41,661 nucleotides of DNA, from the NCBI GenBank assembly GCA_029856435.1, contig JAHQXB010000074.1, forward strand, positions 1-41,661, written 5' to 3'. Below, piece by piece: positions 18,525 through 27,771 of the stretch (position 1 is its first letter; the number at the start of each line of letters is the position of its first letter). Under the pieces are notes generated by a model. The model searched no databases. It saw only the letters and a list, made by a program, of their open reading frames with translations, and had not been told where the DNA came from. The stretch comes from Candidatus Jordarchaeia archaeon (lineage in GTDB: Archaea; Asgardarchaeota; Jordiarchaeia; Jordiarchaeales; Jordiarchaeaceae). A program made the position numbers and the translations under genes.

Positions 18525-21220
18525 GAGGGAGGATAACTGTGAAAAGAAGGAACGAATCCATTCTTGTTTCTCATACTCACTGGGATAGAGAATGGTACAA
18601 ACCTTTCCAAACTTTTCGAGGATACATGGTGGAAATGATTGACTGCTTAATAGACCTGATGGAAAAAAATCCTGACTATAAACACTTTTTGCTGGATGGT
18701 CAATCCATTCTTCTTGAAGACTACTTTGAGGTGCGACCCGAGAATAAGGAACGTATACGCGCTCTTGTCAGTTCGGGCCGCTTAAGTGTTGGCCCCTTTT
18801 ACGTTCTGCCAGACATGTTTTTGGTCTCCGCTGAATCTATTGTGCGGAACTTGCTTCTGGGCATAATGACTGCCGAAGAGTGTGGAGGGTCTCAAAAAAT
18901 AGGTTATCAGCCGGATTGTTTTGGGCAAATTGCTCAAACTCCTCAAATAATGAAGGGATTTGCCTTTAAGGGATTCGTTTTCTGGAGAGGTTTGGGAGAT
19001 GAGATTGACTTTCTTCCAACAACTTTTCTTTGGGAAGCTCCCAGTGGAGACCGCATACTTACTCACCAGATTGCAATTGGCTACTTTAATGTAGGCGACC
19101 TCCCCCAAGATACAGATGCTGCTATTACACTAATTGAAAAAACAAAAGTTATGCTTCAGGAAAGAAGCAACAGAAACTTCCACCTGTTTCTTAATGGTCA
19201 TGACCATGCTTTTCCCCAAAGAAACGTGCCCCAAATCATAAACGCCTACAATGAGAAACATCCCAATGACCCAATAAGGCATGGAAGTTTGCAAGACTTT
19301 TTCAATCAGCTTGAAGAAAACACCCATAACCTACCCGTGTACAGGGGAGAGTTCAGGGGAGCACGCATGTTTCCTGTTTTACCCGGAGTTCTATCCTCCC
19401 GCATATACTTGAAACAGGCAAATCATAGATGCCAAACAAAATTGGAGAACTATGCGGAGCCATTCTCCGCCTGGGCTTGGACCCTTGGAGAAAACTATGA
19501 TAGGAGTTACCTGTGGCTAGCTTGGAAGTGGCTTCTTGAAAATCACCCCCACGACAGTATTTGCGGATGCTCCATTGACCAAGTTCATAGAGAGATGGAA
19601 ACCCGTTTCGCTTGGAGTGAACAGATAGCTGACCTACTCACACTAAAAGCAATGGAGCGTATAGCGTCAAAAGCAACAGTTTCGGGTGAGGGATTCCCCA
19701 TAGCGGTCTTCAATCCCTCCCCTTGGAAAAGAACTGGAGTGGTGGAATTCCTCTCAGAGCCTTTTCCACCATTCACCTTTAACAGCCAGCAATTCACCTT
19801 CAACCCCTCCCTCGTCAAGAGCCTAGATTTCAAGCCGGACCGCAACTTTTGCATAGTGGATCAGGAGGATGGGAGAACTCTTCCCGTGGAAGTATTTGAA
19901 GAACCAGAGAGTTATGCCTTCCGATTTTTCGAGAATATGACCCGCTACACCCTAAGGTTTCTTGCCACAGATGTTCCCGCCTGCGGATACAAAGTACTGT
20001 ACGTAAAAGAAGGGAAGGCAGAAACTGCAAATTCACCTCTCAAACTCGATGTTGGGAAGAGAACGATTGAGAATGAATATTTAAGAGTTAAGCTTAACCC
20101 GAATGGCACAATGGACGTAACAGAACTATCAAGTGGCGTTACATTCACTGGACTACACATATTCGAGGATGTGGGTGATAATGGTGACGAGTACAATTAC
20201 TCCCAACTCAAGGAAGACGAGATTATTACCAGCGAACATGTTAATGCTGAAATTTCATTTGAAGAACACCCCGCAAGATTGGACGCAATAGTGAAGATGG
20301 AAATGCTTCTCCCAAAAAGTTTAGAGGAGGGGAACCGTAATCGCCGCTCCCGCGAAAGGATACCCCTAAGAATAACTTCAATAATATCTCTCTTTCCCGG
20401 CTCCAGATTTGTTAACTGCAAAACAGAAATCGAAAACGTCGCCAAGGATCACCGTCTAAGAGTACTCTTCCCTACGAGTATAGAGTCTGATGTTGTCTAT
20501 GCTGATGGCCACTTTGGAGTGGTTGAGAGAAGCTTGAAACTCCCGGACGACACAAACTGGATAGAAGTGCAAACTACAGCGAACCACCAAAACCTCTTCG
20601 TAGACATAAATAACGGAAAAAAGGGCCTAGCCATAGCAAATAAGGGACTCCCCGAATACGAAATCTATGGAGAAAACGAGAGAACCATAGCCATAACCCT
20701 TGTACGCTCAGTAGGCTGGCTATCAAGAAACATGGATCATAATAACCGCAGAATCTTCGGAGGCCCAGCAATACCCACACCAGAAGCCCAATGCCAGGGT
20801 CGCCTCACAGTGGAATATGCAGTAATACCCCACCCCGGAGACTGGGAGGAAGCGATGATTCCCAGAATAGCCAGAGAATTCACCTGCGACTTAAGGGCGG
20901 TAGAAGTCAAAAACCCCCTACACAAGCTACCCGCCTCCACAAGCTTTCTAGAAGTTGAACCCCCCTCAATAATTCTCTCCGCGGTTAAAAAAGCCGAAAA
21001 GGAGGAGGTCCTCATCATCCGCATATACAACACTGGAAAAAAACAGCAAAACGCGACACTCACCCTCAGTAAACCAGTGAAGTCAGCTAAAATAATCAAC
21101 CTCGCAGAGAATGAAATAAGGGAGGAGGCTTCAATTTCAATAAAAGAAAACAAAATCAAAGTAGAATGTATCCCAGCAGCAAAAATTGTAACATTAAAAA
21201 TCAACACCGCAGACCAATAA
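18521..21220 (+). CDS. Glycoside hydrolase family 38 (alpha-mannosidase / mannosylglycerate hydrolase-like)
   Basis: SHTHWDREWY, FLLDGQ, PDCFG, GHDH, HPHDSICGCS, VFNP, NKGLPEYE, PTPEAQC. Start overlaps the isomerase stop (GTGA). Confidence 0.93.
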   Translation: MRGRITVKRRNESILVSHTHWDREWYKPFQTFRGYMVEMIDCLIDLMEKNPDYKHFLLDGQSILLEDYFEVRPENKERIRALVSSGRLSVGPFYVLPDMFLVSAESIVRNLLLGIMTAEECGGSQKIGYQPDCFGQIAQTPQIMKGFAFKGFVFWRGLGDEIDFLPTTFLWEAPSGDRILTHQIAIGYFNVGDLPQDTDAAITLIEKTKVMLQERSNRNFHLFLNGHDHAFPQRNVPQIINAYNEKHPNDPIRHGSLQDFFNQLEENTHNLPVYRGEFRGARMFPVLPGVLSSRIYLKQANHRCQTKLENYAEPFSAWAWTLGENYDRSYLWLAWKWLLENHPHDSICGCSIDQVHREMETRFAWSEQIADLLTLKAMERIASKATVSGEGFPIAVFNPSPWKRTGVVEFLSEPFPPFTFNSQQFTFNPSLVKSLDFKPDRNFCIVDQEDGRTLPVEVFEEPESYAFRFFENMTRYTLRFLATDVPACGYKVLYVKEGKAETANSPLKLDVGKRTIENEYLRVKLNPNGTMDVTELSSGVTFTGLHIFEDVGDNGDEYNYSQLKEDEIITSEHVNAEISFEEHPARLDAIVKMEMLLPKSLEEGNRNRRSRERIPLRITSIISLFPGSRFVNCKTEIENVAKDHRLRVLFPTSIESDVVYADGHFGVVERSLKLPDDTNWIEVQTTANHQNLFVDINNGKKGLAIANKGLPEYEIYGENERTIAITLVRSVGWLSRNMDHNNRRIFGGPAIPTPEAQCQGRLTVEYAVIPHPGDWEEAMIPRIAREFTCDLRAVEVKNPLHKLPASTSFLEVEPPSIILSAVKKAEKEEVLIIRIYNTGKKQQNATLTLSKPVKSAKIINLAENEIREEASISIKENKIKVECIPAAKIVTLKINTADQ

Positions 21221-21616
21221 ACTCTTTAAACTTGCACTGAGCACCACTTCAATACATTAATGGCTGATAACTGGAAAACAAAGTTATATCACCTAACCAA
21301 AACTCAATTTTTGAATTATCCCCTTAGGGTTTAATCACAAGATAGGAGCCAAGATGAAAAAAAGTAAAAAGATGATGCTTCTTACTTCGGTGATGTAGAA
21401 TCGTTCGGTTTCGCCTCAAAAAGGGGTGTTTATAGGGCTTCTTTCACGATTTGGAGCCTTATTAGGGAGATGGAGCCGAATAAATCTGCATCACCTTCTT
21501 ACTTCCATGATAATTGTTTTGAATAAGAGGCATGATTTCTGCATTAGGTTGCTTCTTCCGGCTATTAAGGCAGTTTATTCCTTCTCATCCCGTATTGTGA
21601 ACTTTTTATTCATTTT

Positions 21617-22663
21617 TTAGTCAAGTTGTATGGGGTATTTTCCGTATTCTCTGGCTGCTTCCATGAAGGCCCTCAGATTTTCGAGGGGAGTATCTGGTGG
21701 TACTTCGCATCCTGTGGCAAGCATGTACATTCCACCTGGAGCCGCTTGACGTATGCATTCCTTAACAGCTTGTTTCACATCTTGTGGTGTGCCCTCCAAC
21801 ATGACTTTGACTGGATCTACGTTTCCCACAAGAACCACTCTGCCTGCAATCTTCTTCTTAGCTTCTGCAAGGTTGACTGGGGCGTCTATGCTGAGCATTG
21901 CGGGGCCCAACTCGACGAGCTTGTCTATAAGATGGTTTACGTCGCCACATACGTGCAATGCGCAGAATTTTCCCTCCGCCGCCCAAGTTTTGATTACCTT
22001 TTTTAAGGCGGGGGCTGCAAACTTGTCGAACTGTTTAGGTGAAAGAGTACCTGCCACAGGATCTCCGAGGTTTAGTCCCAATTTCACCTCGGCTTGTGCC
22101 CTTCCTTCCTCAATGGCGAAGTCTGTGGTTATATCAAGCATTTCCTGCACGTAGTCTGGGTTCTGTACAAGGTCTTTGTAAAAATTTTCTGGTCCCCTCA
22201 GCGCTGTGAGAAGAGAGACGGGGCCTGCGACCAGTCCGCCTACGCCTGCAACTTTTCTCAGCTCGTTGGTTACTATTTCGCCGGCTTTGAGGATGTTAGG
22301 CAGCCTGCCGTCTTTTCTTGGGTCAGGCATGCGTATATTTTTAACGTCTTTTTTCAAATCTTTTACTGGAAAGTCTACTGCCTCGGGGAGCCTATCCTCA
22401 TGGAATTTTATTTTGCAGCCAAAAGCTTCGGCCTCGACGAGGGTGTCTCCTAGGACAAGTACTACGTCTGGGGTGTATAGTTTGTATGCCTTAACAATGG
22501 CGTGGGCCATTGTTTCGGGGTCGGTTATAAACTCTTTTATGGGTACTCCTGCAAGTCTCGCGTTTCCCGCTCCCACAGAGGGGTAAGCTGGAACCCTATC
22601 TGGTTCCTGTCTGAGGAAAACTCTCTTCATTCTCTCTCTTACGGTTAACTCCTCACCAGACAT
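21617..22663 (-). CDS. MtaA/CmuA-family methylcobamide methyltransferase 4 (canonical Zn site)
   Basis: EPDRVP, EAEAFG, GDPVA, LHVCG, GNVDP, ATGCEVP (His-x-Cys...Cys). Confidence 0.92.
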   Translation of the reverse strand: MSGEELTVRERMKRVFLRQEPDRVPAYPSVGAGNARLAGVPIKEFITDPETMAHAIVKAYKLYTPDVVLVLGDTLVEAEAFGCKIKFHEDRLPEAVDFPVKDLKKDVKNIRMPDPRKDGRLPNILKAGEIVTNELRKVAGVGGLVAGPVSLLTALRGPENFYKDLVQNPDYVQEMLDITTDFAIEEGRAQAEVKLGLNLGDPVAGTLSPKQFDKFAAPALKKVIKTWAAEGKFCALHVCGDVNHLIDKLVELGPAMLSIDAPVNLAEAKKKIAGRVVLVGNVDPVKVMLEGTPQDVKQAVKECIRQAAPGGMYMLATGCEVPPDTPLENLRAFMEAAREYGKYPIQLD

Positions 22664-22693
22664 GATTTAACCTCCAAAATCTCGCGTCTTTTT

Positions 22694-23332
22694 TTATCCT
22701 AAGAGCTCTTTAGCCTTTTGGACTGCTTCCCGTGCGTCTTTTCCGTAGGCGTCGGCGCCGATTTTTTCAGCGAAATCTTGTGAGGTGGCGGCTCCCCCTA
22801 TTAGTATTTTAACACTTTCTCGTAGTCCCTCATTATCTAGAGCTTTTATGGTGTTAATCATCTCCGCCCTCGCTGACGAGATGATACCGGACATGGCTAA
22901 AATGTCTGGGTTATGCTTCTTAACATTCTCTACGAAGGTTTCTGGGGGAACGTTTTCACCAATGTCAATTACCTCAAATCCGGCTGCCTGTAACATTATT
23001 TTAACTATGTTTTTTCCTATGGTGTGTATATCTGTATAAGCGGTGCCAAGTAACACCTTGCCGTGGCCGCTCGTTCTTCTCTCCTTTAGGTGTGGCTCCA
23101 GTATCTCCAAAGCTGCAGACATGGTTTCAGCTGACATTAGGACATCAGAAATAAAGTATTCCTTGTTACCAAACTTTTCCCCGACAACTTCTATGCCCTT
23201 CATTAATCCCTTAGTTAGGGCATCATATGCATCTATTCCTTGCTCTAAAGCCTCTTTTGCGGCTTCCTTCACGAGATCCACGTTAGCCTCTATTACTGCG
23301 GTTGAAAGCTTTTCAAAAATTCTCTCAGCCAT
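22694..23332 (-). CDS. Corrinoid methyl-carrier protein 3
   Basis: TDIHTIGKN, SGII, IGGA. It sits 30 bp upstream of methyltransferase 4. Confidence 0.93.
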   Translation of the reverse strand: MAERIFEKLSTAVIEANVDLVKEAAKEALEQGIDAYDALTKGLMKGIEVVGEKFGNKEYFISDVLMSAETMSAALEILEPHLKERRTSGHGKVLLGTAYTDIHTIGKNIVKIMLQAAGFEVIDIGENVPPETFVENVKKHNPDILAMSGIISSARAEMINTIKALDNEGLRESVKILIGGAATSQDFAEKIGADAYGKDAREAVQKAKELLG

Positions 23333-23458
23333 TTGCAGTCCACCTTCTGACGCGAGTATTATCCGTTAATTGTACTTTTATCTCTACTACTCAACATTAT
23401 AAACTTTTGTCAAAAAAATGGTATGAGTCGTAAAACCGAAATAATTAGTTTTTAAGCT

Positions 23459-24889
23459 TTAAAGGAGCCCTTCCATCTTGTACCACTCCTCAGCTGCTTT
23501 GGACATAACTTCCCTGTGGTCTACTAGTTCTCCGCCTGCGTCTTGGAGAATTCTTTGAAACATCATGTCTGCTATGTCCCGGTTTTCCTCCACAATGTTT
23601 TGGGTCTGGTTTGGATCCTTTCTTAAATCGTAAAGGTATTCCCTGCTCCTAGAATAATTCGCTATATACACGAATTCTCTATCTTTTGTCCAGACATAAC
23701 CGTTGAAACCAGAGGTTGCGTAGCTCCGAGCCTCCCGCTCCCCCTCTATTAGAGACCAGAGCTCTTCTCCATCTAATGGTGTGGGGGGCTCTATTCCAAG
23801 GAAGGTTAAAATGGTGGGTACTATGTCGTGATTGTATACGAAACCTGAAACACGTTTACCACTCTTAAATCCTTGGGGGTGGCGAATGAAAAGCGGTATG
23901 TCCACTAACTCGGGATAGAGGCCTCTTGGAATCTTACCTATTAAGTTATGCTCACCCAACTGATGTCCATGATCAGATGTCAGTACCACCAGTGATTTAT
24001 CTAGCAGTTCCAGCTCCCTCATTTTTTCTAAAAATTTTCCAAGCCATACATCCACCATTGTGATTTCGCCCCCGTAGAGTGCCTTCATGTATTTTAACTC
24101 TTCGGGTGTGAGATAATCAATACTCGTTGAGTAGTTGGGTGTTATGACTTCTCTGCCAGTGTAGGGTGGATGGTAGAGGTCTCGGTATTTTTGGGGTGGA
24201 TCCCAGGGTTCATGGGGGTCAAATGAATCAATAAAAAGGAAAAATTTCTCAACATCTTTGTTTTCTTCTATCCACTTGGCTGCGGCGCTAAATACTTGGG
24301 GCGCGAAGTAGTCCTCCTCTTTTCGTCGTTCTGCAATGTTTTTGAGGTACTGTGGGAGTATTGTCATTATGTGGTCACATTTTCCGCTCTGTGGTATGTA
24401 GCGTTCTAACTGTTTGGAGTCAATTTTGGGTGCGGTTTTGTAAGGGTCTGCTTCTTGGCCTCTTATCAACTGCCACTGATGGTATCCTCGATGAAAATTC
24501 ATGCTCGGCTTGAAGTAGTGGTAAGTGTCCGTTATAAAGGCTGTGATGTAACCGTTTCTGCGTAGAATCTCCGCAATTGTGTTTTGAGAGTCGGGAATAG
24601 GTTGCCATCCATAAGCTTGAACCATATCTCCCTTGCAGGGATGGTATTCCTTGAAGGGGAAGGTGCGGATTCCCGTATGTATAGACCTTCTGAAGGGAAT
24701 TGTTGGAAGAGATTCGGGGTGCGCGTCTTCAAATATGATGCTTTCTCCGGCTAAGGCGTCTAGGTTAGGGGTTTTAATCCAACTGTTTCCATATATTCCT
24801 AGGTGATCCTTTCTCAGTGTATCTAGGAGGATTACTACGACATTCAAGCCCTTCACACCAACTTGGGGAGAATAATTTGTTCTATCCAA
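23459..24889 (-). CDS. Sulfatase-family (alkaline phosphatase superfamily) hydrolase with Thr at the formylglycine position
   Basis: LLDTLRKD, TPNLD, PTIPFR (T-x-P-x-R), DPHEPW, SDHG, DIVPTIL, YLYDLRKDP.Q..N. Confidence 0.88.
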   Translation of the reverse strand: MDRTNYSPQVGVKGLNVVVILLDTLRKDHLGIYGNSWIKTPNLDALAGESIIFEDAHPESLPTIPFRRSIHTGIRTFPFKEYHPCKGDMVQAYGWQPIPDSQNTIAEILRRNGYITAFITDTYHYFKPSMNFHRGYHQWQLIRGQEADPYKTAPKIDSKQLERYIPQSGKCDHIMTILPQYLKNIAERRKEEDYFAPQVFSAAAKWIEENKDVEKFFLFIDSFDPHEPWDPPQKYRDLYHPPYTGREVITPNYSTSIDYLTPEELKYMKALYGGEITMVDVWLGKFLEKMRELELLDKSLVVLTSDHGHQLGEHNLIGKIPRGLYPELVDIPLFIRHPQGFKSGKRVSGFVYNHDIVPTILTFLGIEPPTPLDGEELWSLIEGEREARSYATSGFNGYVWTKDREFVYIANYSRSREYLYDLRKDPNQTQNIVEENRDIADMMFQRILQDAGGELVDHREVMSKAAEEWYKMEGLL

Positions 24890-25000
24890 ATTCCGATGAT
24901 TAAACTAAGCCACTAATTATGGGAGCAATACTTTAATCTAATCTGTTTAAAAATATATTTTCATTAAAAACTAATCTTTTGACACTAAAAGGTGAATATT

Positions 25001-25630
25001 ATGGCTGATCTGCTTGTTGAAGCTATGGCTAATCTTGATAGGAACGCCGTACTGGATAATGTGGAAAAGGAGATTAAGAGGGGTACAGACCCCCTAAAAA
25101 TAATAGAAAGCCTCTCTCAAGGACTAAAAATTGTGGGTGATCTTTACGATAAAAAAGAATATTTTCTAGCGGAGCTGATAACCGCTGGAGACGTTTTTCA
25201 AAACGCTTTTCAAAAAATAAAACCAGCATTGGAGAAAAAGGGCCTTAGAACCCAGGTCAGAGGAAAAATAGTCATTGGAACGGTGCGCGGAGACCTACAC
25301 GACATTGGAAAAAACATTGTCACTACCATGCTTGTTTCCTCTGGCTTCTACGTGGAAGACTTGGGAGTCGACGTACCAGCAGAAAAGTTCATAGAAGCAA
25401 TAAAGAAAACAGACGCAAACATTCTAGCTATGTCAGCCCTCCTCACAGTAGCACTAGAGGCCGCAAAAGAAACAATAAAACTGCTGGAAAAAGAAAACCT
25501 CAGAAACAGAGTAAAAGTGATCTGCGGGGGCGCAGCCTTCGACGAAAACACCGCCAAAAGAATCGGAGCCGACGCTTACGGGAAAGACCCTCTAGATGCA
25601 GTAAAAATCTGCCAAAAACTCCTCCGGTAA
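25001..25630 (+). CDS. Corrinoid methyl-carrier protein 4
   Basis: GDLHDIGKN, SALL, CGGA. SD AGGTGA (24990-24995) favours the ATG at 25001. Confidence 0.93.
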   Translation: MADLLVEAMANLDRNAVLDNVEKEIKRGTDPLKIIESLSQGLKIVGDLYDKKEYFLAELITAGDVFQNAFQKIKPALEKKGLRTQVRGKIVIGTVRGDLHDIGKNIVTTMLVSSGFYVEDLGVDVPAEKFIEAIKKTDANILAMSALLTVALEAAKETIKLLEKENLRNRVKVICGGAAFDENTAKRIGADAYGKDPLDAVKICQKLLR

Positions 25631-25807
25631 ATAACCTTATCTCTCCACCCCTATTTCTCTTAATATATCTTTTTAAGGCGTTTTTCAGTAATAAATGTAA
25701 ATCTACTGATACTATCATAACTGGTTTTCTGCAAAAATTCATTCATTACCATAACATATTTCAAAAAGAGGGGAAGTAATAAAGAATTAGCTGTTTCTCG
25801 ATTAGGC

Positions 25808-26977
25808 CTAAAATCCTTTCATAATAGGTTCATACTCTTTGAAGAGGTATCGGGATATAACGTAACGCTGAATCTGAGATGTGCCCTCATAGATTTGGAA
25901 AAGCTTTGCGTCCCTAAACAGTTTAGCAATACGATAATTCTCCAGATAGCCTCGACCACCATAGACCTGTAGCGCGTCAATGGCAATCTTCATGGCATCT
26001 TCAGCGCCGACCAGCTTGGCTACGCTAGCTGCCGTGTTAGCGTCTCGGTCTCCCCTATCTACAAGCCAAGCAGCCTTCCAAGTCAGTAGACGCATAGCTT
26101 CGATACGAGCATACATATCCGCCACCATTTGCTGAATTGCCTGAAAACTTGAGATTTTATGCTCAAAGGCTTCTCTCTGCTTAGCGTAGTTAATAGCGTG
26201 CTCCATGGCGGAACGTGCCAAGCCTGTTGCAAAGGCACCAATGGCTGGACGGGTGCGCATAAATGTGCCCATGGCCAGCAGGAAGCCAATGCCCTCCTCG
26301 CCCAACCGGTTTTCAGCCGGAACGCGGACATTTCGAAGAATCACCGCCCCGGTGTCAGAAGCCCGATGTCCCAACTTATCGAGGGGTTTACCAGTAGACA
26401 ACCCTTCACTCTCGCGGGGAACAACAAATGCGCTTAAACCCTCGTGGCGCTTTGTACCCTTAAGCCGGGCAAAAATCACATAATAACTGGCGAAATTACC
26501 GTTAGTAACCCAGAACTTGTTTCCATTCAAAATGTACTCGTCGCCTTGGCGTTCATATGTGGCTTTAATTCCTGCCACATCGCTTCCCATTCCTGGTTCC
26601 GAAGTTGCGAAAGATATGAATTTCAGTTCCTTCGTGAGTGACGTTAAAAACTTTCGCTTCTGTTCTTCTGTTCCGGCAAGAATTATGGGTTCTGCTCCCA
26701 AATCGTTGGCATACATTGAGGTTGCTATTCCCGGGTCCGCTGCTGCAATCTCTTCAACCACAAGCACCGACTCAAAGGATCCGTAGCCCTGTCCACCATA
26801 CTGTTTGGGTATTCCCAAATTCATTAGTCCGGCTTTAAAGGCCTTTTCATAAATGGGTAGTGGAAATTCCCCACTTTTATCATATTTTGATGATACTGGA
26901 ATTATTTCTTCTAATGCGAATTTGCGTGCTTTTTCACGCAGAGCGATTTGCTCCTTTGAGAGTTCAAAATCTACCAT
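25808..26977 (-). CDS. Acyl-CoA dehydrogenase (short/medium-chain type)
   Basis: FATSEPGMGSD, LNGNKFWVT, KLGHRAS, ALQVYGGRGY, IYEGTSQIQ (canonical catalytic Glu). Confidence 0.95.
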   Translation of the reverse strand: MVDFELSKEQIALREKARKFALEEIIPVSSKYDKSGEFPLPIYEKAFKAGLMNLGIPKQYGGQGYGSFESVLVVEEIAAADPGIATSMYANDLGAEPIILAGTEEQKRKFLTSLTKELKFISFATSEPGMGSDVAGIKATYERQGDEYILNGNKFWVTNGNFASYYVIFARLKGTKRHEGLSAFVVPRESEGLSTGKPLDKLGHRASDTGAVILRNVRVPAENRLGEEGIGFLLAMGTFMRTRPAIGAFATGLARSAMEHAINYAKQREAFEHKISSFQAIQQMVADMYARIEAMRLLTWKAAWLVDRGDRDANTAASVAKLVGAEDAMKIAIDALQVYGGRGYLENYRIAKLFRDAKLFQIYEGTSQIQRYVISRYLFKEYEPIMKGF

Positions 26978-27085
26978 AACTTCCCAGCCTCCAAAAATTC
27001 ATTCTCAAGTTTAGCCCCTCAATTCCAGCAGTAGATGTTCCCAAATAAACTTGTGTTGGAATCTGAGGGTTTATGTCTAAAAGAT

Positions 27086-27325
27086 TTACTGCTTAGAAAT
27101 ATTAACGTTTCCCTCAGCGTCTGTCTGTTTTAGGGTCAAAGCGCCGCTTTTGCAATTCATCACACAATAAAAACAGTCAATTCGAGTCTTGCACTTGGAA
27201 ATATCCACTTTAAATCTTGGGTCAATGTCTATAATTGCACTTAAAGGACATGCCTTCATACAGGTTTTGCAATGTTGGCACTTTTCTGGATGGGCTAAAA
27301 CAGGATAATTAAATTTCAAGAGCAC
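27086..27325 (-). CDS. 2[4Fe-4S] ferredoxin-like protein
   Basis: CxxCxxCxxxCP plus CxxxxxCxxCxxxC. GTG start. Confidence 0.8.
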   Translation of the reverse strand: MLLKFNYPVLAHPEKCQHCKTCMKACPLSAIIDIDPRFKVDISKCKTRIDCFYCVMNCKSGALTLKQTDAEGNVNISKQ

Positions 27326-27555
27326 CGCCTTACTGGTTGTTCACAGTAATGGAACAATAATACACAACTTATATTTTTTTCCTACTTTTCCCTATAAAAA
27401 CAATTCTTGCACCATCTGAAAAATAGAGTTACCCATAAGCTATCTTTCTATCAAAAAAGGGAAGACTCCCCATTTTACTATTTTGAAAAATTTTCGCGGA
27501 CCATTTTGAGAAAAGGTTATGCGGCTATTGTCCAACTCGATGATAAACATTGTTT

Positions 27556-27771
27556 TTACTCGGTGTTTTCAACTTTTCTTATTCTTAGAATCCTTTTAAT
27601 TTCCATCATTGAATTGTATAACTCATTTAGTAGCAGTAGATCCCTTACTTCTTTCTTCTCTTTTTCCCGGAGGTAGGCTTCGTAGACGTTTTCTAACTCT
27701 TTACAGAAATCTAAGAGATCCTCATTTGAAATTTTTTCCCCGCTTTTATACACCAGTTTTTCCTTCTCCAC
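27556..27771 (-). CDS. Small helical hypothetical protein (71 aa)
   Basis: SD GGGGTGA precedes the GTG. Charged amphipathic composition; no recognised family. Confidence 0.55.
   Translation of the reverse strand: MEKEKLVYKSGEKISNEDLLDFCKELENVYEAYLREKEKKEVRDLLLLNELYNSMMEIKRILRIRKVENTE

Noticed and set aside
5261-22663. Pyrrolysine read-through in the methyltransferases
   Set aside because: All four ORFs are full length without an internal TAG, and they are URO-D-fold, not MttB/MtbB/MtmB.
27483-27515. TTGAAAAATTTTC and CCATTTTGAGAAAAG matching sequence in and near MITE copy B; also TGCAAAAATTCAT at 25730 and TTGAAAGCTTTTCAA near 23302
   Set aside because: Short AT-rich matches without TIRs or collinear flanks; the last is inside a coding sequence. 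Chance is not excluded.
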